DNA of 55,152 nucleotides, counting the filler, from Basidiobolus ranarum (lineage: Eukaryota), in assembly GCA_040143965.1 (NCBI GenBank). It is 4 parts of 4 records of this genome, joined end to end, with 100 filler letters (N's around TTAATTAATTAA, not from the genome) between each part and the next. Parts side by side here need not be neighbours in the genome. Positions count along the whole stretch, not along the records: positions 1 to 13,731 come from JASJQH010007340.1; 3 more parts are not named here. One strand, 5' to 3'. Below, piece by piece: positions 1 to 11,914 of the stretch; positions within the stretch are counted from its first letter, which is position 1, and each line of letters begins with the position of its first letter. The notes beneath the pieces are model-generated. The model was not told the DNA's origin and ran no database searches. It was given only the letters and a program-made list of their open reading frames with translations. Both the position numbers and the translations under genes were made by a program.

Positions 1-629
1 AATAATGGCCAATCTGTTAATCCCAATCAGACAAATTCGAGTGGTAAAGCTGGACAATCGTCATCTATACCAAAAGCTGGGGTATCTTCTAATGAGACAC
101 CACAAACTAAAAGTTCACCCTCCAACAAGAGTCCAAAACTTCCGAAAGCACCCAAGAATGTCACTCCGTCTCCGAATCTTTCGCATAAACCATCTCCACT
201 ATCCTCGCAATCGAAAGAGCCACAACAATCTAAAAGTGCACACTCTAGTCCTCAAATCCCTAATAGTGAAGCCCACAAATCACAAGAAACCCAAGTATGA
301 TGAAATGGATTTACTGAATTATTGAATTATTTACTCACAAAAATGATTTAACCATTATTTAGGCTGCTTCAATGCCTAGCACTCCAGCCGCTGCTAATGT
401 TTCTAATCCATTGACAGCATCTGCATCTACTAGTAACGGCAATGAATCATCGGCACCATCCAATCCTATTGACATTGATCAGTTTATCATGGACGAAGAC
501 TTTTCCAGCTTCTTTAATAATATGGACGGAGATAATATTGGCCTAGGAGAAGATTTAGATGTCGAATCGTTTAGCAATATGGATTTTTTGCGTAATATGA
601 GCTTCATGGGTGATCAAGATTCGCAGTAG
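1..629 (+). CDS. 3' part of a spliced gene encoding an S/P/N/Q-rich low-complexity protein with an acidic/aromatic C-terminus (possible transcription factor or co-activator); 5' truncated
   Basis: Frame 1 is open over 1..294 (NNGQSVNPNQTNSSGKAG...SQETQ). GTATGA donor at 295, acceptor AG at 361-362, and exon 363..629 continues in frame (AASMPSTP...DIDQFIMDEDFSSFF...DSQ*). Confidence 0.6.
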
Positions 630-2331
630 TGTAAATAGAGGACATATACAAATTCATATACATATACGGACATGCAATTGAAACAAATATAAAGACATTT
701 TTATCTCTAGCCCTAGTGATCGCATTTGTTTGTTGCTTTTTTAAAGCTTGTTACGCATCATTATTCTAGCTCCCATTGATTACAAGTGAGCTTATTTGCA
801 CTTTGTGAGTTGGGTTGACATTTGTGACGATAGTTCATGTATTTAGCTAAATTTGTTGAAGTTATATTAGCCACTATGTCATTCTGCTGTAATCACAGAA
901 ACAAATCCTAATATGAGCTTCATTCGATTCACTTTATTAAGCTTCGTCTTGCCGAGTTGAGCCGGGCAGGGTCTTGGGTGTTATATCATGGGATGTACTT
1001 GATAGGAGACGATTTTAGCTTTGACAGTATTTCTTGATTGTTCTGTAAATAAATATTTGCTATTTCTCTCCTTAGATGTATTTAAAACTCGAGCGCGGTC
1101 AAGTCAATGAATACTAATCACAAGTAACCAAGCCGATATGTACGCATCAGTGTTCTGAATCAAATTATACATACATTTCGTTAGTTGTTGATGTTCCAGC
1201 ATGATGGGAAAGAGAGACACGATGCGATTCTGGGGCCGAGTTTATTCAAGCTCACACGACGGTCAAGCTTAACAATCTAGTTTCACTCAAAGATAACCAA
1301 GTGGGCAGGTGTTGGTAAATATTAATCCAATGTTTGATAATTTGAATCGGCCTTTAATCAAAATTGAGCATAATCTTGTGTATTTCGCTCCTGAAATCTT
1401 CATCTAGCCATATATTGGGTATTTTTTGTATATTGAGGTTGTCTCACTGTGACATGCAATGTTCAATTTGATTAACCTGATGTCTCAGGAGTAGAAAAAT
1501 CTGTTTAGAAGGTGCTTACCCAACCAACAATTACTTTGCATGTCGTACAACTCAGCTTCATTCGATCCCCCAATAACACTCAACAGAGCTGGCTGGTAGC
1601 AAATATAACTATAGTTGAAATACTACGCTTCACATTGGCTCTCAAGTCTCATGTTGGTCCAAGTAACTATAGAAGTATATATACACGCTTGTAGGTGTGT
1701 GGTGAGTTCCAGTTCAGTATCAAACACTGGATCTCCACATGCACCTCAATGTGAGGCTTCTCATAATCAGCGTGATCATGGCAATTCAATTCGTTGTGCT
1801 GTATTAGCCAAAATGTTGAAACGACATCACCTCTTTGCAAGCTAGAAAAGAGGTTAATGTCAAGTACTATGCTGCAACTCAGTTCATTTGGTGCGGTTGT
1901 ATGCTAGGAAACACGCAGAGGGCCAAGAACTAATAGATACATGCTATCTAGCATACATTTCCTCAGGGAAAGCATTAAACTTAACTCAATGTTGGAAGCA
2001 GGGTTATGAATTCACGCACAGCCACCCACTTTCCAAAATGGTCAAGTGAACATTAATTCAGGGTAGTGCGGTTGTTGGGATTTCCAAGAATAGAACTGAG
2101 TGAGGGGTAACTGAATTAACAAATGAAAAAGACCTGCAGGGTAGATGGCGAATATAAAGAACCGTTGATGTTGAGAATCCCGTCATATAATATTTTTGGA
2201 ACCTTCCCCTCCCACCTTTCCTCTTTAGAATCCACTTCCTTCATTGCTCGATCCATTGCTATTAACTACTAACTGTCTTAACGATATAGAAAAGGAATTT
2301 TAGCAGTGCTTCTTGCTATTTCTTGACCAAC

Positions 2332-3502
2332 ATGCCACCTAAACCGATTCAGGTACCAAATTCCTCTACAAGAGAAAGTAGATCCCCGTATTTCAATTTT
2401 GATGAGCAAAATGGAAATACATCGGTAGACAACAAGAAAAAGTCGAAAATCTCTCTACAAGGTAGCTCAAATGCTAGCGTAACAGGAGATATCCATACGG
2501 TAGAAGTAGAAGTACCTGCCGTAGTTGAACCGTTTGAGGAGGAACAGCACTCTTGGGAGATCCGTGACGAGGAGAAACCAAAGTTAGTAACTGGTCTATC
2601 AAGATTGGTAGCATGGTGGAGTTGGAGTTACTTGGCCGATTGGATCTTAAGTATAGTCATATTCGTTATCTCCATCGGCCTTTCTTACTTGGCGCCTTTC
2701 AAAAGAGAGTTTTCTCTACAGGATTTGACGATTGCTCATTCTCCAGTAGATTCAGAGTCTATTCCAACATTTCTATTATATTTCATCACCTTAGTTCTGC
2801 CTCTTATGGTCATTTTGACCTATCATGGATTTCATGCAGTTTATGGGCCTTCTGGAAGCAGAAAAAGAACTGAGTTGTGGCCACTTGCTAAAATTATCCA
2901 TGACTTGCATAACTCTGTCCTGGGCTTGTTTGCTACAGTAAGTTTAATAGCATTGTTCACTATTGTACTGCAGCTTGCCGTTGGAAAATTAAGGCCAGAT
3001 TTCCTATATCGCTGTGCCTGGGAGGAGGGAACAAGAAGTTGCACCGGTGATCCACAAAGAATCTTAGATGGAAGAAAGGCGTTTCCCTCAGGTAAATCGA
3101 AACTAATTAATACTACTTACTCCAATCAAAGCTCTAACCAGCTCCTTATCATACGTAGAGTATGCCTCCTATTCATTTTCGGGAATGTCATATGTCGCTC
3201 TGTACTTAGCGGGCAAAATCGGCGCCTTATCGTTTAACGTTCCTCCTCACAATCACAAGTTCCAAGGATTTGTAGTTACCTTAATCCCGTTACTAATCGC
3301 CACTTATGTCGCTCTGACACGAGCACAAGAGCATCTGAACTCCTTGTCTGATACACTATCAGGGGCAATACTAGGTTTGACAATGTCCTATTTTGTATAT
3401 CACATTTACTTCCACGATGTTAGTGGTAGCCGTAGTGCTTTTCCCAGGCGGTTAAAAACCGATACCAAAAAAAGCAGTAAAGTATCTATCGTTGAGCCAT
3501 AA
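2332..3502 (+). CDS. PAP2/lipid phosphate phosphatase (DPP1/LPP1)-family membrane protein, probably catalytically degenerate; exons 2332..3091 and 3159..3502
   Basis: Family motifs WSYLADW, PFKREFSL.D.TI.H, DLHNSVLGL, VGKLRPDFL.RC and DGRKAFPS, plus multiple TM segments. Intron GTAAAT(3092)...CTAAC...TAG(3158) joins the two ORFs in frame. Confidence 0.88.
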
Positions 3503-4210
3503 TCTTTACCTCATTTATTAATCTATAGTAATTAATAATATTTATTTTACTCCACCATTTTTTCACTACGTGTAATGGTTTTCTTGGTTGTATTCTCTTG
3601 TATATGATATAAAGTCGGTTTTACTGAATAAGCATGGTTTGTTAGAACACTTGGACAGCACAAGAGAGAGTTTTTCTCTTGTATCATAGGCTTTAGAGGT
3701 GTATATGAGAGTGGGCGTCTAGTAGGTTGATAATAACTCACTAATATAAATGCTTACCAAGTCGCGCCACAAACTTTGATTTTGGCAAGTTGAACTTTGC
3801 TAATGTTGATATTGTAAATATTATCCTTGGATTTGCAATTGGGATGAGGCGCAATACACACATGATAGCATACCCTATATATGTTTCAGTAGATTTCTGA
3901 ATCCCTAAGCAACCCATCGAATGATCGTCATTGCCGAGAACTATATAAATAGAGTCATGACGTGATAACAGTCATAAATTCGGAAGCAAACAATAATGAT
4001 CCAATCTATCCTCTAGTATGGTAGTTGAAAGGTTTAAAATCCGTTATCGGTAGATGCTGTGGTTTAAGTAATTGTTTAGCCAAGCTTTACCAACTTGATT
4101 TATACCTCGTACGCCTATATAAATGATCCCCTCCCCCATCAGCGTCACTCGCATGTGATTATACTGTATAACAATAATCTTAATTATCAATTGCTTCGTT
4201 TGTAATAACC

Positions 4211-5023
4211 ATGGTTAATACATCACAAGAGCCTTCACAGCGTCAAATGCTACGCCTACCAACGGTAAAAGAACACTTCCTTTCCTATATCAAATATATT
4301 GGAAATCCTAATGCTGTAACAAGTACTCGGGATACTCTACAGAGAGTACCGTCTTTATTTTTCATTAATGGTCTAATGTCAGATATGACTTCAAGAAAAT
4401 CAAAGTTCTTGTACGAGTATTGTAAAGAAAACAATATCAGCTTTCTCACATACGATCATTTCGCACATGGTGCATCCTCTGGAAACTTTTCTGAAGCCAC
4501 CATTTCTAGATGGTACGAGGATCTGTGTACGATATTTTTCAAGGAGACTAAAGGGCCACAAATTCTTGTTGGTTCAAGTATGGGCTTTTGGTTGGCTTTG
4601 TTATTGCTACTTAAATCACCAGCCGAAGTAAAGAACAAGGTAGCCGGCATTATTGGTATTGGTTCTTCAGTCAATACCACTCAGAAGTTTCTAAATGAAA
4701 TAGGCGGCGAAAATTTCCTCGTACCTGGCAATATCTATCATAGACCATCAAAATACTCCCAATCGGGTTACTATGATATACCTCATGATTTATTACAAGA
4801 TGGCATAGAGTTTACTATTGAGCCTCCTTTCAAGGTCAACTGCCCCGTAAGCATTATCCATGGTGGTAAAGATGAAGATGTGCCACTTAAGGAAGCTCAA
4901 TCGTTGAAGAGCAATTTACAAGCTACCAATATCTCTTTTTGGTTGATTGAGGATGGTGATCATCGCTTATCTAGGAATGAAGATCTTGAAGTTCTTAGAA
5001 CTGTAATCGAAAATATGATTTAG
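4211..5023 (+). CDS. Alpha/beta hydrolase, ABHD10-like, intronless, 270 aa
   Basis: GSSMG nucleophile elbow, YDHFAHGASSG, IHGGKDEDVP (acid residue) and GDHRLS (His). TATA-like CTATATAAA at about 4115. Confidence 0.85.
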   Translation: MVNTSQEPSQRQMLRLPTVKEHFLSYIKYIGNPNAVTSTRDTLQRVPSLFFINGLMSDMTSRKSKFLYEYCKENNISFLTYDHFAHGASSGNFSEATISRWYEDLCTIFFKETKGPQILVGSSMGFWLALLLLLKSPAEVKNKVAGIIGIGSSVNTTQKFLNEIGGENFLVPGNIYHRPSKYSQSGYYDIPHDLLQDGIEFTIEPPFKVNCPVSIIHGGKDEDVPLKEAQSLKSNLQATNISFWLIEDGDHRLSRNEDLEVLRTVIENMI

Positions 5024-6359
5024 GAATTATTGGGATCGAGTGTATATAAACCCATGTATCTCTTGCAGAATAAACCAGTTTTCTTGTCTGGAGACTAATG
5101 CCTTATAACATATATGGCATGCCGAGATTCAACTTGGCTCGTTTATTAAACTTTAGTGTAGAGCATCATCTAGGAACTTAGAAATTCCAAAAGTATGATG
5201 TGGTTCACCTATTTGCGGAACTTTCCTGCCTAGAGGCTTAACTTTTATCTTTCATTGCATTGGTCAAAGCTGGCCAGAAACTATGTATCTGGTTTGCAGC
5301 ATAATAGTTGCTTTCCAAGCCAAAGGATTGTACAATTCAGACCATGACTATTCTTGATTGCTCTGGGCAGTGTGATACCAAGTGACCTTTATCTACCTTG
5401 TATAAACTCTACCCTCTGCTATATTATCTAGTAAATATTCATCAAATTCTCTTTTTTCACTGTCATCATGTGGTGTACTGCTCATCTTGAAGTCCCCTCC
5501 TAGCACGAGATATATATATATATATACCGAAGACAACCACGGGAAGTCCGTATTTCCTGCCTTCATTGCGACTACAAACAATCGGATATTCATTTGACAC
5601 CAAAACAACTAAATTAATCCAAGCTACTTTCCTACAGCGCCGCAAGCCAATCTAGTCATGCAATTTGCACATGTGGCTATGGTCATATTGGCCTCTCATA
5701 TTCTATCGTTGAGACGATGAGCTCTATTGATGACGTCGACACCGGAGTTCCGAGGTCCACACCACCTGTAACCTTCACAACACTCGACATATCTTTGGCC
5801 TGTCGGGTTTCAAACTAAATTTTTTATTGGTCGGACAAAGTAGTGTTGACGCTAGTGATCTTATAGGCATGGTGAATCGTATAAATGAGCCAGAATTTCA
5901 GCATGTAGGATAGAGTGATCATCACCGCATTTCTGATGTTAAAATCTATGGATTCAGCATTGATCAGCTTGGATATCTATTTATGGGAAAGGTAATGATG
6001 CACGATTGTAGTACTATCCATTGATGACAACGTTTTATTGGATGTGTAGCTCAGTCTACAATATCGTTAATTCTTTTTATTCTTAACTTGACGAGACCTA
6101 TATTGGTGGTAACACGCAGCACGAATATTGGTTGTTAAATGGTTATATTTCACGTCGACGGAGAGAGCCATGTGAATATTTTCGATGTATGGTTTAATGC
6201 TTTCTCTATAACCTTTAACTCTGGCTCTAGAATAAACTACTATTTGTTAAATTCCCATTCATCTGTGTTGGTTCTACCTCTCGTGTACTGGTACTATGCT
6301 AACTTTAAACGTATTCGTGTGTGCACTAAATCCTAAAAACTTTACTATCAAACCTAGCC

Positions 6360-7572
6360 ATGCTCACCCCGCACGTAGCAGAAGCTCTTGAGAAGCACAC
6401 TGTACGCAACAAGCTAATATCAGGTTATGTAAAGCCTTTTCATCTGTCAGGTACCCTTGCATGGTGAAGCTAACCCACTATTTAGATACCCATAGGAGAA
6501 GTTCTTTTGAAATTGGCTCTATAAATTGGGTTCACTGGTATCTTTCTTTACCAGGAAACGAATTTCTACTAGAAGTACCTCGATCATTTCTTGAGGATGA
6601 TTTCAATTTCTCTGGTTTGGGAATGTTGATACCTTTATTCAAGGAAGCTCTGGGCATTCTATTAGGAATTATACCTGGTATAACTTTTTACTTTCATATT
6701 CTCGTAATAGTTTTACAAGCGATTGGTTTTAACGAAATCTTGTAGAGTGTCTAAATGCCGATTTAAACTTGATAGAGGCATCAATAGAGCATTTGTATAG
6801 CTTACTTCACCAGCGCTATATTATTTCTCGTCCTGGTTTATTGCAGATGGTACCTTTTAAATATTCCCCACTTTCTTTCTTCACTTTCGCTTTAATTATT
6901 CACCACTCTATAGAAGAAGCGTTACGTTCGGGGAGAATTTGGATTTTGTCAACGTTATTATTGCTACGAGTCTCCACTTCTTCCATGTGGTACATCCGAT
7001 TCATATGCTGTGGATTCGGTGAAGCTGTATTGCACAAATTGTTTGGATATTTACAATCCAACCAATTCCAGATTTTTACGTTTAGACGGTGATATATCTA
7101 AATTACTATTGATTGGTATTGTACAGGGGAATACTTACTCGTTTGAGGTTTAGGCGCTTGCTTTGGAACCACTTTCTCTCACATGTTGTTTTTGACCTTG
7201 TTTCCGACTGATTATCTGCATTGCTCTAGTGAAGTGTACACCCCCAAGATTCATGGGTTTCGTATTCATGAAACTAACCTTGCTGGGCACAGGAATTCAT
7301 GGTTGCGTAAAAGGATTGTAGATAGTTGTGAATCGGAGAGTTGTGAATCAGAAGAAGAGCTGGTAGCACCGAAATCTCTATTGAATATGACTCTTGAGGA
7401 ATTTGCACAACCAGTGAATGGGGAAGTAAAGCAATTAGGCGTAACTCAAATGACACCCGTGAAAACCAACCCATCAAGGACTAATACCAAAAGTATCCAC
7501 CGAGCCAATTTCAAACGTCATACAAAATCAGACCAGACGGAAAATAGTAATGGCAATCATAGTCGCGGTTAG
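6360..7572 (+). CDS. CKB: Casein kinase II regulatory (beta) subunit, divergent paralogue; exons ~6360..6423, 6486..6677, 6746..6849, 6914..7088, 7154..7572
   Basis: Spliced translation gives WVHWYLSLPGNEFLLEVPRSFLEDDFNFSGL, LYSLLHQRYI, the zinc ribbon FGFCQRYYC...VKLYCTNCLDIYNP, DGACFGTTF.HM and YTPKIHGFRIH. All four introns are GT-AG and in frame. Confidence 0.9.
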
Positions 7573-7932
7573 TTATACTTTTATTGATACGTGGCTAAGT
7601 ATGTATTTGGTACTAATCTGTTATTATTCACAAGGCCTCTGTCTCCTCAGTTAGTCAGTTGTAGAAGCCTTACACTTCATGGTTAATTTCCTGTTTATCT
7701 TGATTCACTCGTTTGTTGGGTGTGTTTGATGATTAGTCGTTTAGCCATTAATTTTGTAATATACAAGAGCCAAGAATCGGCAATGTTAATCTGTACCGTT
7801 TCTTACTAAATAATCGATATATTAGCCTGTTGATTGTAACTCTATACGAAGGTCCCGCTTGCACAATGTTTATGTATAGAGGCAATTTTAATATGCTTAA
7901 TAAGTTAGGGTGTCAGGAAAGTGTAAGATGTG

Positions 7933-9633
7933 TCAGAAAGAAGGGGGCTCGTTTACTAGTCGATAATACTCGTTCATTAATTCAAATACTCTTATAACAA
8001 ATTTGTCGAATGTGTACAGGTTTAGTAGGTAATTTTTTTCCATATTAAAGTCGTTACTAATAAAGACTGGTAATTCCGCAAATAATTTTCTCAGTACGTG
8101 ATGAATATCTACGATTTGTTCAGACGTCTCTTGTAATTTGTGCAAAGTGAAGTTCAACTGGGCTTCCAACTTGGATTCAGTCATCACTTGGTTAGTAATC
8201 ACCCTGGTTACTGCAGCTGCTGGTGGGCTTATCTCAGGAGGAGGCTGAGCAGAGATTGATTGATGTAATGGATTAATGTTCCTGGGCTTCGCACTATTTC
8301 GTGGATGTGCAAATTTAGTCATTTCTTTTTGTTTACATGTGCAGTCTGCATTCACCATAGATATATTTGGACTGGTTTCAGGAGCGACTTGGCTGAGAAC
8401 AGGACCCATTGAACAAGTATTTGAAGAGCTTGAGGTGCTGGCCAACCCTTCTTGAGAGTCGATTCTTTCAGATGAGCCATCTGAACTTATTGCTGATGAT
8501 TGATCATCGGTTTGTCCCTTCGAATATTGAGAGATACTTAATAAGGCATTTGCCAACGTACGCCCCGTGTGCCGCAGTAGATGAATTTCTAAAGAATTCA
8601 ACACCTGAATGGCCTCCCATAGCTCACCAGTAACTTTGAAAATTTTAAACTCAGACTGATTCAGTTGTTCACTGATTTGCCTGAGTAGTTTCCTATTGTT
8701 GCCGCATTGACTCATTAGGTTATGTGCATTCTCTCGAAAGTTCGTTTCATAAGTAAGGATTTCACTTAAACTTTGAATTTTCTCTTTTTGGAGAGTACGT
8801 TCCTATGATATGGATTGGATTAGAATTGGTTCGTCTCTTCTTTCGCTTAGTTAGTCAAAGCAAATGGATACCTGGTAGAAGTCATTTAATCTGTCCTTTG
8901 TCACCATATTATAGTGACTGGCATCCTCTAAAGCATGCAGAACTAACATACTAGTGAAAGTATCCGGTGAATCCGTAGGCTCTGTATTCTTTTCATCTGA
9001 GTCCCTTTTTCTACCAAGGTTAAATAAAGACATCCACTTAAACAATGTAGATTCTGGTGGCCTGTTTAGGGGAGGTATCTTAGGTAAAGGCTTCTCAGAA
9101 TATCCTCTCAATTCGTTATTCTCTTCCGTAGCGCCAAATGTGAAGAAAATTGAATTCATTTGCTTCTTTAAGTTCGATGGAAGTATACCTTCGAGATATA
9201 GATATAACATGAGTTTTTTCTCATAGATTAACACATAAGATCGAAGACGAGATGAAATAAGAGTCGATGTGGAAGTTTATCTTACCTCCTCTTTTTTCAT
9301 GATGGGATCTGTTTCTTTCGCTTGGCTTTTTCCGAGTGGGTCTTGACTTTTTCGCTTTCTTCTTTGAGCTGCTTGCTTCCTCAGTACTAACGCTATAATT
9401 TATGTGAAGATATTTCTGTGTTGGGAGAATTGGTTAGTTCGTCAAGGGATACTTTTCATACTCGTAAAGAATATCACCTGTAAATCTATAGAGACCAAGC
9501 TATCTCGAACTTTACGAGAGTTCTTTGGAGTATGTTGCTCGAGACATTTCTAAGCAATGGTGGAGTGTAAGTGTTGATTTTGTCTAGTGGTTCTAAAGAC
9601 TGATGTATTTACCTCTTGAAGAACAGCACTCAT
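7933..9633 (-). CDS. Multi-exon coiled-coil protein with a probable 'Up-regulated during septation' (Uds1) domain; 5' exon structure uncertain
   Basis: Joining ORFs 8851..9234 and 7933..8715 across the intron at about 8803-8870 gives MLVLHALEDASHYNMV...ETNFRENAHNL...ELWEAIQ...LLRHTGRTL, which fits the Uds1 pattern as I recall it. Small upstream exons with GT-AG boundaries lead back to an ATG at 9633. Confidence 0.6.
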
Positions 9634-11914
9634 TCTTTTGATCTTTGAGAGTGAAAGCTTCTGACCAGACTCAATTTAACACTTTTAAATTTGTATGCGC
9701 ATTTCGCGAGTTGTCACGGTCTCTCTTGTTTACATCCCTTTTTGTAGAGATTTCTCTTTTTCAAACATATCTACCAAGCAAAACTTCGCGCTCATTGGCT
9801 GCAATAGGACACCGTTGAAACTTGTCAATAAACAGACTTAGAGTGACTGGCTTCTGTTGAGCCAGATGGATTGTCTGAGTGTTGGATATGTATTGGTTCA
9901 AATTGCAGAGAACATTTTGGTAGTCACACAGGTTTAACATAGTCTAGAGTACCTATCTACCCGAGTCAAATGGTGTAAAAACGGTTGGTATGGTTGAAAC
10001 AGATAGATAGCCTTGGTCATTGGTTGCTATTACCACATAGATCATGTAAGAGCCAAGCCTAGCCATGATGCAAAGCTTATTTCTCTTCCGCTATTACTCA
10101 TCTCATTCAGTTCCAAATATGTGCTACTATGAGTAATACACTGGGCATCCCAATAGGATTTATGTCAACTTCCATATTTAAGAACTCGAGGGTGAGGTCA
10201 GCACTTTTACTTATTAGGGCTAGTCGTACACATTTGGCTGAGAGAAGAGATAGGGTCAGGCGGCACGCTCAGACGTTTAGCATTTTTCTATACTACACAT
10301 GGACCAAAAGTACTTATTAAGCATTCAGGCATCATTCAAGTGTACAGTGAAAGTGCACTGAGGAAGGTGTATGCTCTGACATGTAAAGTGAGTCTAGATT
10401 AATTTAAAGTCGATGAATATGAGTCAAAGGGTGGTTCAGTGGGGAAATAATTGGGAAAAATTAGTCGTTATTTATAAGCCTATCCTTCGGTGCGCTCCAT
10501 ATCGTGCTTGGCCATCAATTTTAACTGGAATGATTGTTAATCACGAGTTGCTATTTGAAAGCATAATGACTATGGTACACACCTCTTATTCTGTATAGTT
10601 TCATTTACACAACTATTTAGTTATTTATTTTAATCACTAAATCCACATGCTATCCAATAGTACATTTAATATGGAGACGTTGAGAAATAGAACTCTGTAT
10701 CCTTCACACCTGGGAACACTGATTTGCATGCTGGAGAAGGGCGAGGATAGAGCTCTACATACCCCTAGCATGGATTACTTTACAAGTCAGCATACGCTCA
10801 ATCCTCCTACGCCAGAACCATCATAATCCCTTGAAGCAGATTTTCTGATGAGTCTACATCGTAGGAATAGTTAATGCCAAGGCTAGATTAAAAAGTCAGT
10901 GGATCTTGATCACTTAACCAAAGCTTAATAAATATAGTTTCAGTCTTGAGTTGGCTCTGACCCATTAGAATCTACGCTTTACCTCTCATGCAGTATAGTT
11001 AAAGTTATCAATCGGGAATGATCAAAGGGCCGATCTAGTCTGATTGAGACTAGCAGCACAGTTTGTACACTGAAGTAATCTACATCCACAAAATTGAATT
11101 GCTTACCCTGGCGAGAGGGTCAGATACTATATCTATGCACATCCGTGTAACGAGGCTCCTAGAAACTGGTAACTTGTTATGCGAATAGTAGTTCCGAGTA
11201 AAATGTACTAGTTCTCAGCCACACTCATGATGGTACGTATCGGGCAAAGTTCAAAGGAGCCAGGTGTCACATCAAACCATCAATCAAGTGGATTTTCATC
11301 TCCAAATAGCTGGGGGTTCTCTATTATATTGAATGGAAATAATTTTTAAGATTTCGAATCAACCTTATTGTAAAGCCGGGTTCTCGTGAGATGGTAATGA
11401 CCCTGCTTTTGTAATAAAAATGAGCACGGGAACCGGAGACAACCAACTCGTAGTACTATGGTGGATGAACGGCTTTGAGCAAAATAAATATTTGCGAGGA
11501 TACACTCTTGCTGTGACTTATGGATCAACTTCGGTGACTCTGGCCAAGTGATGGTGGAAGCTACATTCCCAATCCATGTGATCTGAGCAAATCAAGCCTT
11601 TGATGACAACCGAATGTCATGATTACCTATATGAAAACTAATCCGAATATAATGGCATTACCAGACCAGCTTGCTAAATTAGGGAAATATCTGAATACCA
11701 AAATAGACTAAAAGTTTGAGCAGCCTGCGGTCACAGAATATCGATTTTGACTGCGGTAACACAATGTGCATTGCTCTATCTAGTGACTGGTATAAAACCA
11801 TACATTGTTCTCAACTTGCGCTTTTTGACAATTATTATTTCCCAAAGTTTTTGATAAAGGGAGACCTTCCCTAAGCAATAAAATTCCGTTAATTAGTTTT
11901 GAAACTTCTCAAAT

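Noticed and set aside
5-325. 106-aa ORF from the track
   Set aside because: It is an alternative frame. Frame 1 is open up to a splice donor and joins the 363..629 exon.
5393-5608. 71-aa minus-strand ORF
   Set aside because: Non-ATG start, spans an (AT)n tract, and has no recognisable domain or splice support.
9700-11800. Short ORFs in the long intergenic interval
   Set aside because: No homology cues or consistent exon structure. Treated as intergenic or divergent promoter DNA.
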